Assembly: GCA_049512315.1 (NCBI GenBank)
Contig: JBEKXF010000002.1
Coordinates: 132,706-196,705 of the forward strand
Source of the DNA: Candidatus Aminicenantales bacterium
Lineage (GTDB): Bacteria; Acidobacteriota; Aminicenantia; Aminicenantales; Saccharicenantaceae
Direction: 5' to 3'
Length of the DNA stretch: 64,000 nt
Made by a program: the position numbers and the translations under genes
Notes under the pieces: model-generated
What the model was told of the DNA's origin: nothing
Database searches by the model: none
Seen by the model: only the letters and a program-made list of their open reading frames with translations
Part shown: positions 52,394 to 62,165 of the stretch, in pieces
How the letters are laid out: every line of letters starts with the position of its first letter
Numbering within the stretch: position 1 is the first letter of the stretch

Positions 52394-54099
52394 GCGACCA
52401 CCCCGCGCAGGTTCTTCTTCAGGACCTTTCCCGGCCGGCGCCCGGTGTGCCCGCCCTTTTCCAAGACAACGCCGCCGTTGACGATCACATATTCGATGCC
52501 CTCCGGATACAGCGCCGGCTCGGTCCAGGTCGCCCGATCGATGACCCGGGCCGGATCGAAGACGACGATGTCGGCGGCCCAGCCGACTTTCAGAGCTCCG
52601 CGCCTGAGAAAGCCGAGATGGCCGGCGGGCATGGACGTCATTTTGCGGATCATCTCTTCAAGTGGCACGATCTTTTCCTCCCGGACGTACCGGCCGAGGA
52701 CCCGGGGGAACGTGCCGTAGAACCGCGGATGGGGCTTTCCCTTGGATAGAATTCCGTACGGAGCGACCGCCATCCCATCGGACCCGACCCCGGCGAGAGG
52801 ATGGGCCAGGATCTTCCCGAGATGTTCTTCGCTCATGGCGAACGTGATCATCCCCACCCGGCCCTGTTCCTCGATGAGAAGGGTTCTCATGAACTCGTAG
52901 GGCTCCGAGCCGGTCCGCCGGGAGGCCTCGAGGACGTTAGCTCCTTCGAACGTCCGGTTCTTATCCGTGGCCACGTCGGAGATGAGGACCTTGTCCCAGG
53001 AACCCAGCTCTTTCCCCTTCTCCGCGACCGCGTCTTTCAGCCGGGCCTGGAGCGCGGGATCCTGCAGCCGGCCGATGAAGTCCCGGGTCGTCCCCTCCCT
53101 GGACCAGAGCGGGAAGAACATGTTCAGTCCCGTGGCCCAGGCCGTGTAAGGGTACCGGTCGGTCCGGAGGTCCACTCCGGCCGCGGCAGCCCGGTCAATG
53201 CGCGAGATCAGATCATCGAACTTGTACCAATTTTTCTGGTAACCGATCTTCAGGTGCGAGATCTGGAGCCGGATGGGCGTTTCCCGCGCGATCCGGATGG
53301 CCTCGTCCACGGCCTCGAGGATCCCTTCCTGTTCGTTCCTCATGTGCGTTGCGTAGACGCCGCCGCTCCGGGCGGCGACCCGGCAGAGGTCGATGAGCTC
53401 CGCCGTCGACCCGAAGCTCCCCGGCGAATATTCGAGGCCGGAAGAGAGGCCGAGGGCGCCGGCTTCCATGGTTTCCCGGACCAGAGCCTTCATCCGGTCG
53501 AGCTCGCCGGGCGTCGGAGGCCTGTTCCCATACCCCATGGCCGCAGCCCTGACCGTCCCGTGGCCGGTGAACGAGGTATAGTTCAAGGCCGCTCCGGATC
53601 TTTCCACCCGGCCGAAAAACCCCCGAGCGTCCCTCCAGGTTAGGTCGACTCCATATCCCTCCAGCAGGGATTTCCTTTCTTCCTCGAACATGGCATCCGT
53701 GAGGGGGAAGGGCGAATCGCCGCAGTTCCCGCTGACGAGGGTTGTTATGCCCTGCCGGACGGCGCTCTCGGCTTTTGGATTGACGAGCAGTTCGACCGAA
53801 GTGTGCTCGTGGACGTCGACGAAGCCGGGCGAAACGGCCAGGCCCGCGGCCGGGATGACTGCCCTGGCCGCGGCCGGCCGGATCTTTCCGATCAGTCTGA
53901 TGGCGCCGCCGGCGATCCCGATGTCGGCCCGGACCGGTGGCCCGCCCGTCCCGTCATAGACCGTCCCTCCGGAAACGACAAGGTCGTATTCTTTCCCGGT
54001 CGAACATCCCTTGAGAAGGAGTCCCCCGCCGGCCGCGGAAACAAGGGCCGCCGTCCGTGCGGCCCCCTTGATGAAAGAGCGCCTGTTCATCGGGTCCAT
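52390..54099 (-). CDS. D-aminoacylase (N-acyl-D-amino-acid deacylase), amidohydrolase superfamily, TAT-exported
   Basis: Start revised to ATG 54099 with a GGAGGA RBS. Twin-arginine leader MDPMNRRSFIKGAARTAALVSAAGGG. Metal-binding PGFVDVHEHT and amidohydrolase core motifs. Confidence 0.85.
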   Translation of the reverse strand: MDPMNRRSFIKGAARTAALVSAAGGGLLLKGCSTGKEYDLVVSGGTVYDGTGGPPVRADIGIAGGAIRLIGKIRPAAARAVIPAAGLAVSPGFVDVHEHTSVELLVNPKAESAVRQGITTLVSGNCGDSPFPLTDAMFEEERKSLLEGYGVDLTWRDARGFFGRVERSGAALNYTSFTGHGTVRAAAMGYGNRPPTPGELDRMKALVRETMEAGALGLSSGLEYSPGSFGSTAELIDLCRVAARSGGVYATHMRNEQEGILEAVDEAIRIARETPIRLQISHLKIGYQKNWYKFDDLISRIDRAAAAGVDLRTDRYPYTAWATGLNMFFPLWSREGTTRDFIGRLQDPALQARLKDAVAEKGKELGSWDKVLISDVATDKNRTFEGANVLEASRRTGSEPYEFMRTLLIEEQGRVGMITFAMSEEHLGKILAHPLAGVGSDGMAVAPYGILSKGKPHPRFYGTFPRVLGRYVREEKIVPLEEMIRKMTSMPAGHLGFLRRGALKVGWAADIVVFDPARVIDRATWTEPALYPEGIEYVIVNGGVVLEKGGHTGRRPGKVLKKNLRGVVA

Positions 54100-54317
54100 C
54101 GGTTCCTCCGGAAAATCACCGATTGAAGGAGTCAATATAAAGAAAAACCGGCCCGATGTAAACCCGGCCTTGAGAAGGCCTGACGCCAACAAGGGAAACC
54201 TCCCGGCAACGGCCTTTTGCCAGGCCGTTCGCCGATATTGATTTCCCGGGGGATTTTTGGTAAATTAATGGACTCCCTCCCCGCCAAAACCCGGGAAGGG
54301 ATCGAAAGGAACGAAAC

Positions 54318-54518
54318 ATGGCTGATAAAAAAGCGGACCCGAAGCCCGAAACCCAGGCGTCAGCCGCTCCCGAATCGGGCCCGAAGAGAAAGAAGATCAA
54401 CCGGTTCGGCCTGGCGGAGATCGAAGCCCGCCTGGCGGAGTGCCAAGAAAAACAGGGCGGCCTGGCCTCCAAGTACGCCCGGCAGCTCCTGGCCCGGAAA
54501 AAGTCGCTGACCTCCTAG
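54318..54518 (+). CDS. Small basic hypothetical protein (66 aa)
   Basis: AAAGGA RBS before ATG 54318. Sequence MADKKADPKPETQASAAPESGPKRKKINRFGLAEIEARLAECQEKQGGLASKYARQLLARKKSLTS. Followed by a GC-rich palindromic stretch. Confidence 0.5.
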   Translation: MADKKADPKPETQASAAPESGPKRKKINRFGLAEIEARLAECQEKQGGLASKYARQLLARKKSLTS

Positions 54519-54608
54519 GCGCCCGGGGCCTCCCCCCTCTGACCCCCTGCCGGGCGGCCGCGCGGCGCCGTTTCCGGGGGGCCCGGATCCCATAACCCAA
54601 AGAAAAAG

Positions 54609-54637
54609 TTTACTTTTCCATCCGTATCTGATAAAAT
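54609..54637 (+). promoter_or_regulatory. Sigma70-like promoter of rpsO-pnp in an AT-rich island
   Basis: TTTACT (54609-14), 17-nt spacer, TAAAAT (54632-37), in a 90-bp AT-rich stretch (about 70% AT) upstream of rpsO. Confidence 0.5.
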
Positions 54638-54687
54638 GACCCAGAAAAAAATAAAAAGATAAAAGCAAGATAGGAGTAACAGAAGAC

Positions 54688-54954
54688 GTGTTAAGCAAGG
54701 ACGACAAAACGCGGATAATCAAAGACAACCAGAGCCACGCCACAGATTCGGGCTCGCCGGAGATCCAGGTCGCGCTCCTGACGGAGAGGATCAACGTGCT
54801 GGTCAAGCATTTCTCCAGCCACGAGAAGGATTTCGGCTCCCGGACGGGGCTCATGAAAATGGTCGGCCAGAGAAAAAGGCTCCTCGAGTACATCAAGAAG
54901 CACGACGTCGGCCGCTACGAGAAGCTCATCCAGAAGCTCGGCCTCCGGAAGTAG
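54688..54954 (+). CDS. rpsO: 30S ribosomal protein S15
   Basis: GTG start with an AGGAG RBS. Classic S15 sequence (…[34 protein letters not shown]…[20 protein letters not shown]…). Confidence 0.95.
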   Translation: MLSKDDKTRIIKDNQSHATDSGSPEIQVALLTERINVLVKHFSSHEKDFGSRTGLMKMVGQRKRLLEYIKKHDVGRYEKLIQKLGLRK

Positions 54955-54980
54955 CCCCGAGCCCTCCAAGGGGAAAAAAC

Positions 54981-57161
54981 ATGTTCGACACCATCAGTCT
55001 GGAAATCAACAAGAGGACCCTGTCCATAGAGATCAACAAGATCGCCAAGCAGGCCGACGGCTCGGCCCTGGTGCGCTACGGCGACACCATCATGCTCGCG
55101 ACGGCCACCTCCCGGAAGGAGATCAAGACCGAGAAGGATTTCCTCCCGCTCATCGTGGACTACCGGGAAAACACCTACGCCGCGGGCAAGATCCCGGGCG
55201 GCTTCTTCAAGCGCGAGGGACGCCCGTCGGAGCGCGAGATCCTGGTGGCCCGGCTGATCGACCGGCCCATCCGGCCGCTGTTCCCCGAAGGCTATTTTTT
55301 TGACACCCAGGTCGTGGGCCTTCTCCTTTCGGCCGACCTCGAGAACGAGCCCGACACCCTCGGGGTGATCGGCGCGTCGGCGGCCCTCTACTTTTCCGAC
55401 ATCCCCTTCACGACCCCCCTGGGCGCGGTGAAGGTGGGGATCATCGACGGCCGGTACGTCGTCAATCCCTCGGCCACCGAACTCGATTCCAGCCCCCTCA
55501 ACATGACGGTCGTCAGCAACGAGGGCGGGATCATCATGATCGAGTGCGGCTCGAAGGAGATCGAGGAGGAGAAGATCCTCGATGGCCTGACGGTCGCCCA
55601 CGAGGCCAACCTGCGGATTATCCAGGCCCAGAAGGACCTCTACGCCCACCGGAACATTAAAAAGCGCGAGTTCACGCCCAAGCCTGTCGACCGGGAAAAA
55701 ATGGAGCGGATCGAGCGGGAGATCGGGCCCGCGATGCTCGAGGCCATGCAGGTCAAGGGCAAGCTCGCGAGCGAAGCGGCCGTCCGTGGCGTTCGCGACC
55801 AGTACCTGGCCGCCATCCCCGAGGAAAACGAGGACGAACGGGGCGAGGCCAAGACCCTGATCTACAGGATCGAAGAGAAGCTTTTCCGCGAGTTGATCCT
55901 CAAGAAGCGTCTGCGGACCGACGGCCGGCAGTTCGATGATATCCGGCCGATCACGATCGACGTGGGCTTTCTGCCCAGGACCCACGGCTCGGCCCTATTC
56001 ACCCGCGGAGAGACCCAATCCCTGGCTACCGTGACCCTGGGGACCGTCGAGGACGCCCAGCGGCTCGACAATCTCGGCGAGGGATCAAGGAAGACGTTCA
56101 TGCTCCACTACAACTTCCCCCCGTTCTCCGTGGCGGAAGTCGGATTCCTTAGGGCCCCCGGGCGGCGGGAGATCGGGCACGGCGCCCTGGCCGAAAAATC
56201 CATCCTGCCGGCCATGCCGGACGATGAGAAGTTCCCCTACACGGTCCGGATCGTCTCCGACATCCTGGAATCGAACGGGTCGTCCTCGATGGCCACGGTC
56301 TGCGGCGGCGTCCTGGCCCTTATGGACGCGGGCGTGCCGCTGAAGATGGTCGTCGCCGGGATCGCCATGGGCCTGGTCAAAGAAGGGGACGAATACGCCA
56401 TCCTGACCGACATCGCCGGCCTCGAAGACCATCACGGCGACATGGACTTCAAAATGGCCGGCACGGAGAAGGGCATCACGGCCATCCAGCTCGACCTCAA
56501 GGTCGCCTGCGTCACCCTGCCGATGCTCCGCGAGATCGTCGCCAAGTCCCGGGCGGCCCGGCTCAAGGTCCTGGCCCGGATGAAGGAAGCCATGGCCGCC
56601 CCCCGGCCGGACATCTCCGTCTACGCACCGCGGATCCTGATCCTGTTCATCAACCCGGAGAAGATCAGCGAGGTCATCGGGCCGGCCGGAAAGATCGTCA
56701 AGAAGATCATCAGCCAGACGGGCGCCAAGATCGACATCGAGGACGACGGGAAGATCGTCATCGCCTCGACGGACATGGCCGCCGCCGAACGGGCCAAGCA
56801 GATGATCCTGGACCTCACGGCCGAGGCCGAGCTCGGGCAGACATACACCGGCAAGGTCGTCCGCATCGAGGAGTACGGGGCGTTCGTCGAGATCATGCCG
56901 AACCTCGTCGGACTCCTCCATATCTCGGAGGTCGCGCCGTACCGGATCAACAGCATCCGGGACGTCCTCAAGCTCGGCGACACGATCACGGTCAAGGTCG
57001 TCAGCATCGACCCCGTCGACAACAAGATCCGGCTGAGCAAGAAGGCCTTGGAGCAGGATGCTTCCTCCTCCGGCCCGACGGAGTCCTCTCCGCCGCCTCA
57101 AGGGAGGCCGCACCGGGAGCATTCAACCAGTCACCCCAAGGACCGACGAAATAGATATTGA
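54981..57161 (+). CDS. pnp: Polyribonucleotide nucleotidyltransferase (PNPase)
   Basis: Two RNase PH domains (…[15 protein letters not shown]…, …[12 protein letters not shown]…), KH and S1 domains (…[15 protein letters not shown]…), and a Pro/Ser/Arg-rich C-terminal tail. 726 aa. Confidence 0.95.
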   Translation: MFDTISLEINKRTLSIEINKIAKQADGSALVRYGDTIMLATATSRKEIKTEKDFLPLIVDYRENTYAAGKIPGGFFKREGRPSEREILVARLIDRPIRPLFPEGYFFDTQVVGLLLSADLENEPDTLGVIGASAALYFSDIPFTTPLGAVKVGIIDGRYVVNPSATELDSSPLNMTVVSNEGGIIMIECGSKEIEEEKILDGLTVAHEANLRIIQAQKDLYAHRNIKKREFTPKPVDREKMERIEREIGPAMLEAMQVKGKLASEAAVRGVRDQYLAAIPEENEDERGEAKTLIYRIEEKLFRELILKKRLRTDGRQFDDIRPITIDVGFLPRTHGSALFTRGETQSLATVTLGTVEDAQRLDNLGEGSRKTFMLHYNFPPFSVAEVGFLRAPGRREIGHGALAEKSILPAMPDDEKFPYTVRIVSDILESNGSSSMATVCGGVLALMDAGVPLKMVVAGIAMGLVKEGDEYAILTDIAGLEDHHGDMDFKMAGTEKGITAIQLDLKVACVTLPMLREIVAKSRAARLKVLARMKEAMAAPRPDISVYAPRILILFINPEKISEVIGPAGKIVKKIISQTGAKIDIEDDGKIVIASTDMAAAERAKQMILDLTAEAELGQTYTGKVVRIEEYGAFVEIMPNLVGLLHISEVAPYRINSIRDVLKLGDTITVKVVSIDPVDNKIRLSKKALEQDASSSGPTESSPPPQGRPHREHSTSHPKDRRNRY

Positions 57162-57186
57162 CCGTCTTAGGGATGAGGCCGCCGCG

Positions 57187-57678
57187 ATGATGGCTTCGAG
57201 ATCTCTCTGCAAGGGATTCACGCTCGTCGAGATGATCGTGGCCCTGACGATCCTCTCCATCCTCGCCTGGTCCGCCCTGCCTTTGGGGAAGATCGCCATC
57301 CAGCGGGAAAAGGAGGTCGAGCTTCGCCGGGACCTCCGCCTCATCCGCGAAGCCATCGACGCCTACAAGAAGCTTTCCGACGAGAAGAAGATCGAGGTCA
57401 AGGAGGACACGGAGGGCTATCCTCCGACCCTAGAGGTCCTGGTCAAGGGCGTCGAAGTCCAGGGCCAGGAGCAGACGGAAGGAAAATCGAAAGGCAAGCG
57501 GACGGTCAAGTTCCTCCGCCGGATCCCCAGGGACCCCATGACCGACTCCCTCAACTGGGGCCTCCGCTCCTACCAGGATTCTCCCGACTCCGACAAGTGG
57601 GGCGAGGAGAACGTCTACGACGTTTATACGAAAAGCCAGGCCAAGGCCCTGGATGGAACTCGGTACAGGGATTGGTGA
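57187..57678 (+). CDS. Type II secretion / type IV pilin-like pseudopilin (GspG-like), paralog 1
   Basis: Start revised to ATG 57187. Prepilin leader and cleavage/methylation motif MMASRSLCKG|FTLVEMIVAL. C-terminal …RIPRDPMTDSLNWGLRS… resembles the GspG DPWG region. Confidence 0.8.
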   Translation: MMASRSLCKGFTLVEMIVALTILSILAWSALPLGKIAIQREKEVELRRDLRLIREAIDAYKKLSDEKKIEVKEDTEGYPPTLEVLVKGVEVQGQEQTEGKSKGKRTVKFLRRIPRDPMTDSLNWGLRSYQDSPDSDKWGEENVYDVYTKSQAKALDGTRYRDW

Positions 57679-57681
57679 GCC

Positions 57682-58095
57682 ATGAAGACACGGATCGGCC
57701 GCCGGACAGGCGGGTTCACTCTGATCGAGATGGTCATCGTCTTCGCCCTGATTGGCATCCTGGTCGGGCTGGGGCTCCCGCAGTACAAGTATTCGCTCGT
57801 CAAGGCCCGGGAGTCCGTCCTCCGGGAGAACCTCTTCGTCCTCCGCAAGCTGATCGACCAGTACTATCAGGACAAGGGCAAGTATCCCGCGGCCCTCGAG
57901 GCCCTCGTCCAGGACGGCTATGTCCGTTCGATCCCCGTGGACCCCATCACGAAGTCCTCGACGACCTGGGAGGAAGTCCGGGAGACGCTGCCGCCGGACG
58001 AGTACGTCATGCCCGAGACCCTCGGCGTCATCGACGTCAAGTCCGGATCTCAACAGAAATCCCCCATCGACGGGACCGTTTACAACACCTGGTGA
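57682..58095 (+). CDS. Pseudopilin (GspG-like), paralog 2
   Basis: MKTRIGRRTGG|FTLIEMVIVFALIGIL with Glu at +5. C-terminal …IPVDPITKSSTTWEE… 137 aa, 3 nt after paralog 1. Confidence 0.8.
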   Translation: MKTRIGRRTGGFTLIEMVIVFALIGILVGLGLPQYKYSLVKARESVLRENLFVLRKLIDQYYQDKGKYPAALEALVQDGYVRSIPVDPITKSSTTWEEVRETLPPDEYVMPETLGVIDVKSGSQQKSPIDGTVYNTW

Positions 58096-58118
58096 GGGAC
58101 GGCGGAGGCCGATAGATC

Positions 58119-58655
58119 GTGGGCACGAAAAACGGCTATCTCGTTATCATGCTGATGCTGGCCGTTTTCGCCATTTCCATCGGGCTCCTTGTCGTCGTCC
58201 CCGTCTGGCAGACCGAAGTCCGGCGGGAAAAAGAGGAGGAGCTCATCTTCCGGGGAAAACAATATGTCGAGGCCGTGCGCCTCTACGCCCTCAAGAACCC
58301 GGGCCAATTTCCTTCCAGCCTGAAGGAGCTCCTGGACAAGAAATGCCTCCGCAAGCTTTACAAAGACCCCATGACCGACAGCGGCGAATGGAACGTCATC
58401 CTCAATCCCGGGACCGCGGGGTCGGGAGCCGGGGCCGCCGGCGGGGCCGAGCAGCAGGTCCTCCTCGTCCCCGAAAAGGTCCTGCCGTCCATCCGCTCCG
58501 CTATCGTCCTCGGTGTCGCGAGCCCGTCGACGAAGCCGTCCATCCGGATCTACAACGACCAGGAAACGTACGACAAGTGGCTTTTTTATTACGGCCAGGA
58601 CCCCAAGAAGCTCCCCAAGATCACCCGTTACGGGGAAAAAGAGAAGGACCCCTGA
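58119..58655 (+). CDS. Pseudopilin-like protein with degenerate prepilin motif, paralog 3
   Basis: GTG start. The N-terminal hydrophobic helix MGTKNGYLVIMLMLAVFAISIGLLVVV lacks the canonical G|FTLxE. The C-terminus shares …LRKLYKDPMTDSGEWNVI… with paralog 1. Confidence 0.6.
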   Translation: MGTKNGYLVIMLMLAVFAISIGLLVVVPVWQTEVRREKEEELIFRGKQYVEAVRLYALKNPGQFPSSLKELLDKKCLRKLYKDPMTDSGEWNVILNPGTAGSGAGAAGGAEQQVLLVPEKVLPSIRSAIVLGVASPSTKPSIRIYNDQETYDKWLFYYGQDPKKLPKITRYGEKEKDP

Positions 58656-58670
58656 GACCGGGACCCCGCC

Positions 58671-59177
58671 TCAGCGGAGGACTTTCTGGACCCGCTCCGG
58701 CAGGACGAATTGGAGCCGGTCTCCGACCTTGATCCCGTCCGCCGCGGCCCTCCCGCCCTTGAGCTCGAGCACATAGCGGGCCGGCACGCCCGGGCCGTAG
58801 GAGGGACAGGGATCTGCCATGCAGGGGGGAACATCGGCCGCGATGTGGATGACCCTCTTTTCGCTGTCGAGCCAGAGCATGTCGAGGGCGATGAACGTAT
58901 TCTTCATCCAGAACGCCTGGAGGTCCTCCGTCTCGAAGACAAAGAGCATGCCCTGATCGGGCAGGATCTTCTCCCGGAACATGAGGCCCCGGGCCCGTTC
59001 TTCGTCGGAGACCGCCAGCTCGGCCGTGACGGACTTCCCGCCGGGCAGGAAGACCTTGATGAACCGGTCCCGTCCCCGGTCCTGACATTCGGCCTGGAGG
59101 CCGAAGGAAAGGATCAGGAGAAAAGGAAGCCCGGCTTTCAACAGAGAACGCAGGGGGGAAGTGATCATCAAGCTCAT
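58671..59177 (-). CDS. DUF192 domain-containing protein (COG1430), secreted
   Basis: Signal peptide, then conserved DUF192 core (…GLMFREKILPDQGMLFVFETEDLQAFWMKNTFIALDMLWLD…). Confidence 0.75.
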   Translation of the reverse strand: MSLMITSPLRSLLKAGLPFLLILSFGLQAECQDRGRDRFIKVFLPGGKSVTAELAVSDEERARGLMFREKILPDQGMLFVFETEDLQAFWMKNTFIALDMLWLDSEKRVIHIAADVPPCMADPCPSYGPGVPARYVLELKGGRAAADGIKVGDRLQFVLPERVQKVLR

Positions 59178-59192
59178 CCTTTCAGACCTTTC

Positions 59193-59831
59193 TCAATGCT
59201 GGTCCACCAAGGGCACGAAGCGGACCGCCAGCAGCCGGTCGAGCGCCAGCCCTTTCTTCCCTCTCCGGATGCGCACGAGCTCCTGGGAATCAGTCCCGAC
59301 GGGCACGACCATTGTCCCGGGAAGCCCGAGCTGGGCCTTGAGGGGCGTAGGCACCCTGGCCGCCGCCGCGGTCACCATGATCGCGTCGAAGGGCGCCGCC
59401 TCAGGCCATCCTTTCGCCCCATCGCCGACGCGGAAGCTGATGTTGCCATAGTGAAGCGACCGGAGGACGGCCTGGGCCCGCAGCGAGAGGGATTCGATGA
59501 GCTCGACGGAAAAAACCTCGCCGGCGATCTCGGCCAGCACCGCCGTCTGATAACCCGAGCCCGTCCCGATCTCGAGGACCCTCTCCCCTCCCCTGAGCCC
59601 CAAGGCCTCTGTCATATAGGCGACGATGTAGGGCTGGGAGATCGTCTGACCGTCGCCGATCGGCAGAGGCTCATCGGCATATGCCCCGCCGCGCATTCCT
59701 TCAGGGACGAAGAGATGGCGGGGCACTTTCTCCATCGCCTCGAGGACCGCGGGGTCTCCGACTCCGCGGGCACGGATCTGGGAATCCACCATCCTTAGGC
59801 GTTCACTTCCATACTCAGGGTCTTTGCTCAT
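59193..59831 (-). CDS. pcm: Protein-L-isoaspartate O-methyltransferase
   Basis: Start revised to ATG 59831 (MSKDPEYGSERLRMVDSQIRARGV…). SAM motif VLEIGTGSGYQTAVLA. The track ORF extends 246 codons further into Ser/Arg/Pro-rich junk. Confidence 0.9.
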   Translation of the reverse strand: MSKDPEYGSERLRMVDSQIRARGVGDPAVLEAMEKVPRHLFVPEGMRGGAYADEPLPIGDGQTISQPYIVAYMTEALGLRGGERVLEIGTGSGYQTAVLAEIAGEVFSVELIESLSLRAQAVLRSLHYGNISFRVGDGAKGWPEAAPFDAIMVTAAAARVPTPLKAQLGLPGTMVVPVGTDSQELVRIRRGKKGLALDRLLAVRFVPLVDQH

Positions 59832-59943
59832 GATACTCGGCCGCACCCCCGCCCCGTTCACCCTGCCCCGGCGATATCCTCCACGCGGGCTCCGGGCAGT
59901 CGCTTTGTCCGGCCGCGGCCGCTGGGAGCCGGAGTCTGGACCC

Positions 59944-61397
59944 TCAATAGGCCCGGGCGAAATAGGCGACGACTTTTCCCGGCCGGCCGCAGCAGGCGCA
60001 AACGCCTTCCGTCTTTCCTTCGGCCTCGTCGAGCGGGATGACCCGGATCGTGGCCATGGTCTCGGTCTTGATCCTGTCTTCGCAGTCCTCCCCTCCGCAC
60101 CAGGGCGCCCGGATGAAGCCGCGCTGGTTTTCCAGGATGTCCTTGAAGCATCCATAGTTGGCCGCGTCACGGATATTGGCTTCCAGGAAGGTCCGGGCCG
60201 CTGCGAGGAGCCCAGCCTGGATCTCCCCGAGCAGCTCCAGGACACGGGACGGGAGCGAGGCGAGCGCCACGGTCTCCTTGGCCTTGGTGTCGCGGCGGAC
60301 GAGGACGGCCTGTCCGGACTTGACATCGCGGGGGCCGATCTCGACGCGGAGAGGCACACCGCGCATCTCGTATTCGGCGAACTTCCAGCCGGGCGTCGCT
60401 TCCTCGCGGGCGTCGACGTCGACCCGGACGCCGGACGCCCGCAGTCCATCGGCCGCGGCCCGGACGACCGGAAGGACGCTCTCCTTCCAGTTCCCCACGG
60501 AGATGGGGATGAGGATGGCCTGGACCGGCGCGATCCGGGGCGGGAACCGGAGGCCGGAATCATCACCATGGACCATGATCAGGGCCCCGATCGTCCGGGT
60601 CGTCATCCCCCAGGACGTCTGCCAGACATATTGCAGGGTCTGGTTGCGGTCTTCGAACTTGATGTCGAAGGCCTTGGAGAAATGCTGGCCCAGGTTGTGG
60701 GATGTCCCCATCTGCAGGGCCTTGCCGTCCGACATCAGGGCTTCGATAGCGTACGTCATCTGGGCCCCGGCGAACTTCTCCCGCAGGGACTTGCGGCCGG
60801 AGAGCACGGGGATGGCCAGCTCGGTCTCGCAGAATTCCTTGTACATGGCCAGGACCTTCAAGGTCTCGGCCTCCCCCTCTTCGGCGGTCTCGTGACAGGT
60901 GTGGCCCTCCTGCCACAGGAATTCCGTCGTCCTCAGAAACGGCCGGGTCACCTTCTCCCAGCGGACGATGTTGGCCCACTGGTTGATCAGGACGGGGAGG
61001 TCACGCCAGGACTTGATCCACCGGGCGTACATGTGGCCGATGATGGCCTCGGACGTCGGCCGGACGGCCAACTTCTCCTCGAGTTCCTCTTTTCCGCCGA
61101 TCGTGACCCAGGCCACTTCCGGCGAGAAGCCCTCGACGTGCTCGGCCTCTTTCTTGAGGAATCCCTCGGGAATGAACAGCGGGAAATAGGCGTTGACGTG
61201 CCCCGTGGCTTTGATCCGGAGGTCGAGCGACCGCTGGATATTCTCCCAGACCGCATAGCCGTGGGGGCGGATGACCATCATCCCCTTCATGGGCGTGTAG
61301 TCGGCGAGCTCGGCCTTCTGGACGAGCTCGAGGTACCACTTGGAAAAATCCTCGCTCTTCGGGGTGAGCTGCTTGATCTGCCGTTCGTTCTCGTTCA
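59944..61397 (-). CDS. proS: Proline--tRNA ligase, archaeal/eukaryote-like type
   Basis: Class II aaRS motifs, anticodon-binding domain, and a C-terminal zinc-binding tail (…CGGEDCEDRIK…CACCGRPG…AYFARAY). The likely start is GTG at 61397 (MNENERQIKQLTPKSEDFSKWY) with a GAGGAG RBS 5 nt upstream, rather than the track's TTG at 61455. Confidence 0.9.
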
Positions 61398-61631
61398 CGT
61401 CGTCTCCTCGCTTTTCGGCCTTTGGGATTCTAGCCGCGGGCCGGTTTTTTGTCAAGGAAACGGGACTGACGGGAGGGAGGGCAGAAGGGGAAAATACGGG
61501 GGAGAAACCCTGATGGACCTGGTGACGGGAATATCCCCCATCATTTCATCGTCAGGGGTGATTGACCGGCCTTATGGGGAATGTCATTTTAGGGTCGCGT
61601 TTCGCCAAGGAAAAGGATAAGGAAGCCAGAC

Positions 61632-62021
61632 ATGCTCAGGAGGATTTCCACCGACACACTGCCTGTCAGGCGCCATGCCGAACAGCGCGGGTTCAAGCTC
61701 TCCCTGCCTCTGACCGTCGAGGGCCCTGACGCCGACGGCGCCCTGTTCAGGGAGGAGACGACCCTCTCTTACATGAGCCACGTGGGCGCCCTCTTCCCGC
61801 TCAGGACCCCTGTCGCTCCCGGCTCGAGGATCAAGCTGGCCGTCTCTCTTCCCCCCAAGCTGGGGGAGGGCAAGAGCCTGAAGCTCGTGATCAAGGGGAC
61901 GATCGTCTTTACCGAGCCCGGGAACGAGGATGGGGCTCCCGCCCGGGTCTCCCTCCGTCTCGAAAGCCGGTACATCGTCGAGTCCGCGGCGGCCGAGGCG
62001 GACGCGAACCAGCCCGCCTAA
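61632..62021 (+). CDS. PilZ-domain-like protein with degenerate c-di-GMP-binding motifs (paralog 1)
   Basis: AAGGA RBS. It shares the fold pattern of the canonical PilZ at 63411 (…KLSLPLTVEG.DADGALFREETTLSYMSHVGALFPL…). The RxxxR motif is a variant (RRHAEQR) and the D/NxSxxG motif is weakened (MSHVGA). Confidence 0.65.
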   Translation: MLRRISTDTLPVRRHAEQRGFKLSLPLTVEGPDADGALFREETTLSYMSHVGALFPLRTPVAPGSRIKLAVSLPPKLGEGKSLKLVIKGTIVFTEPGNEDGAPARVSLRLESRYIVESAAAEADANQPA

Positions 62022-62165
62022 GGAGGGCGGAGATGGCGCTTCCGAGGACAAAAAACGCCCCGCCCGCATGTTTAGCCGTCGACGGTGAGGATAACGGCGA
62101 TAATTTAACCCCGCGATTCCTCATGAGGAGGGATTGAAGGCAGCCAGGCCCTGAGCGAAAATGCG

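Noticed and set aside
54915-57122. 356-aa and 345-aa minus-strand ORFs antisense to pnp
   Set aside because: pnp is unambiguous; the antisense translations are Asp/Gly/Arg-rich.
59832-60569. 246-codon N-terminal extension of the pcm ORF in the track
   Set aside because: Ser/Arg/Pro-rich with no homology; a canonical pcm start (MSKDPEYG…) lies at 59831.
59824-61620. 598-aa plus-strand ORF antisense to proS
   Set aside because: proS has class-II aaRS and zinc-tail motifs; the plus-strand translation is Gly/Pro/Arg/Asp-rich junk.
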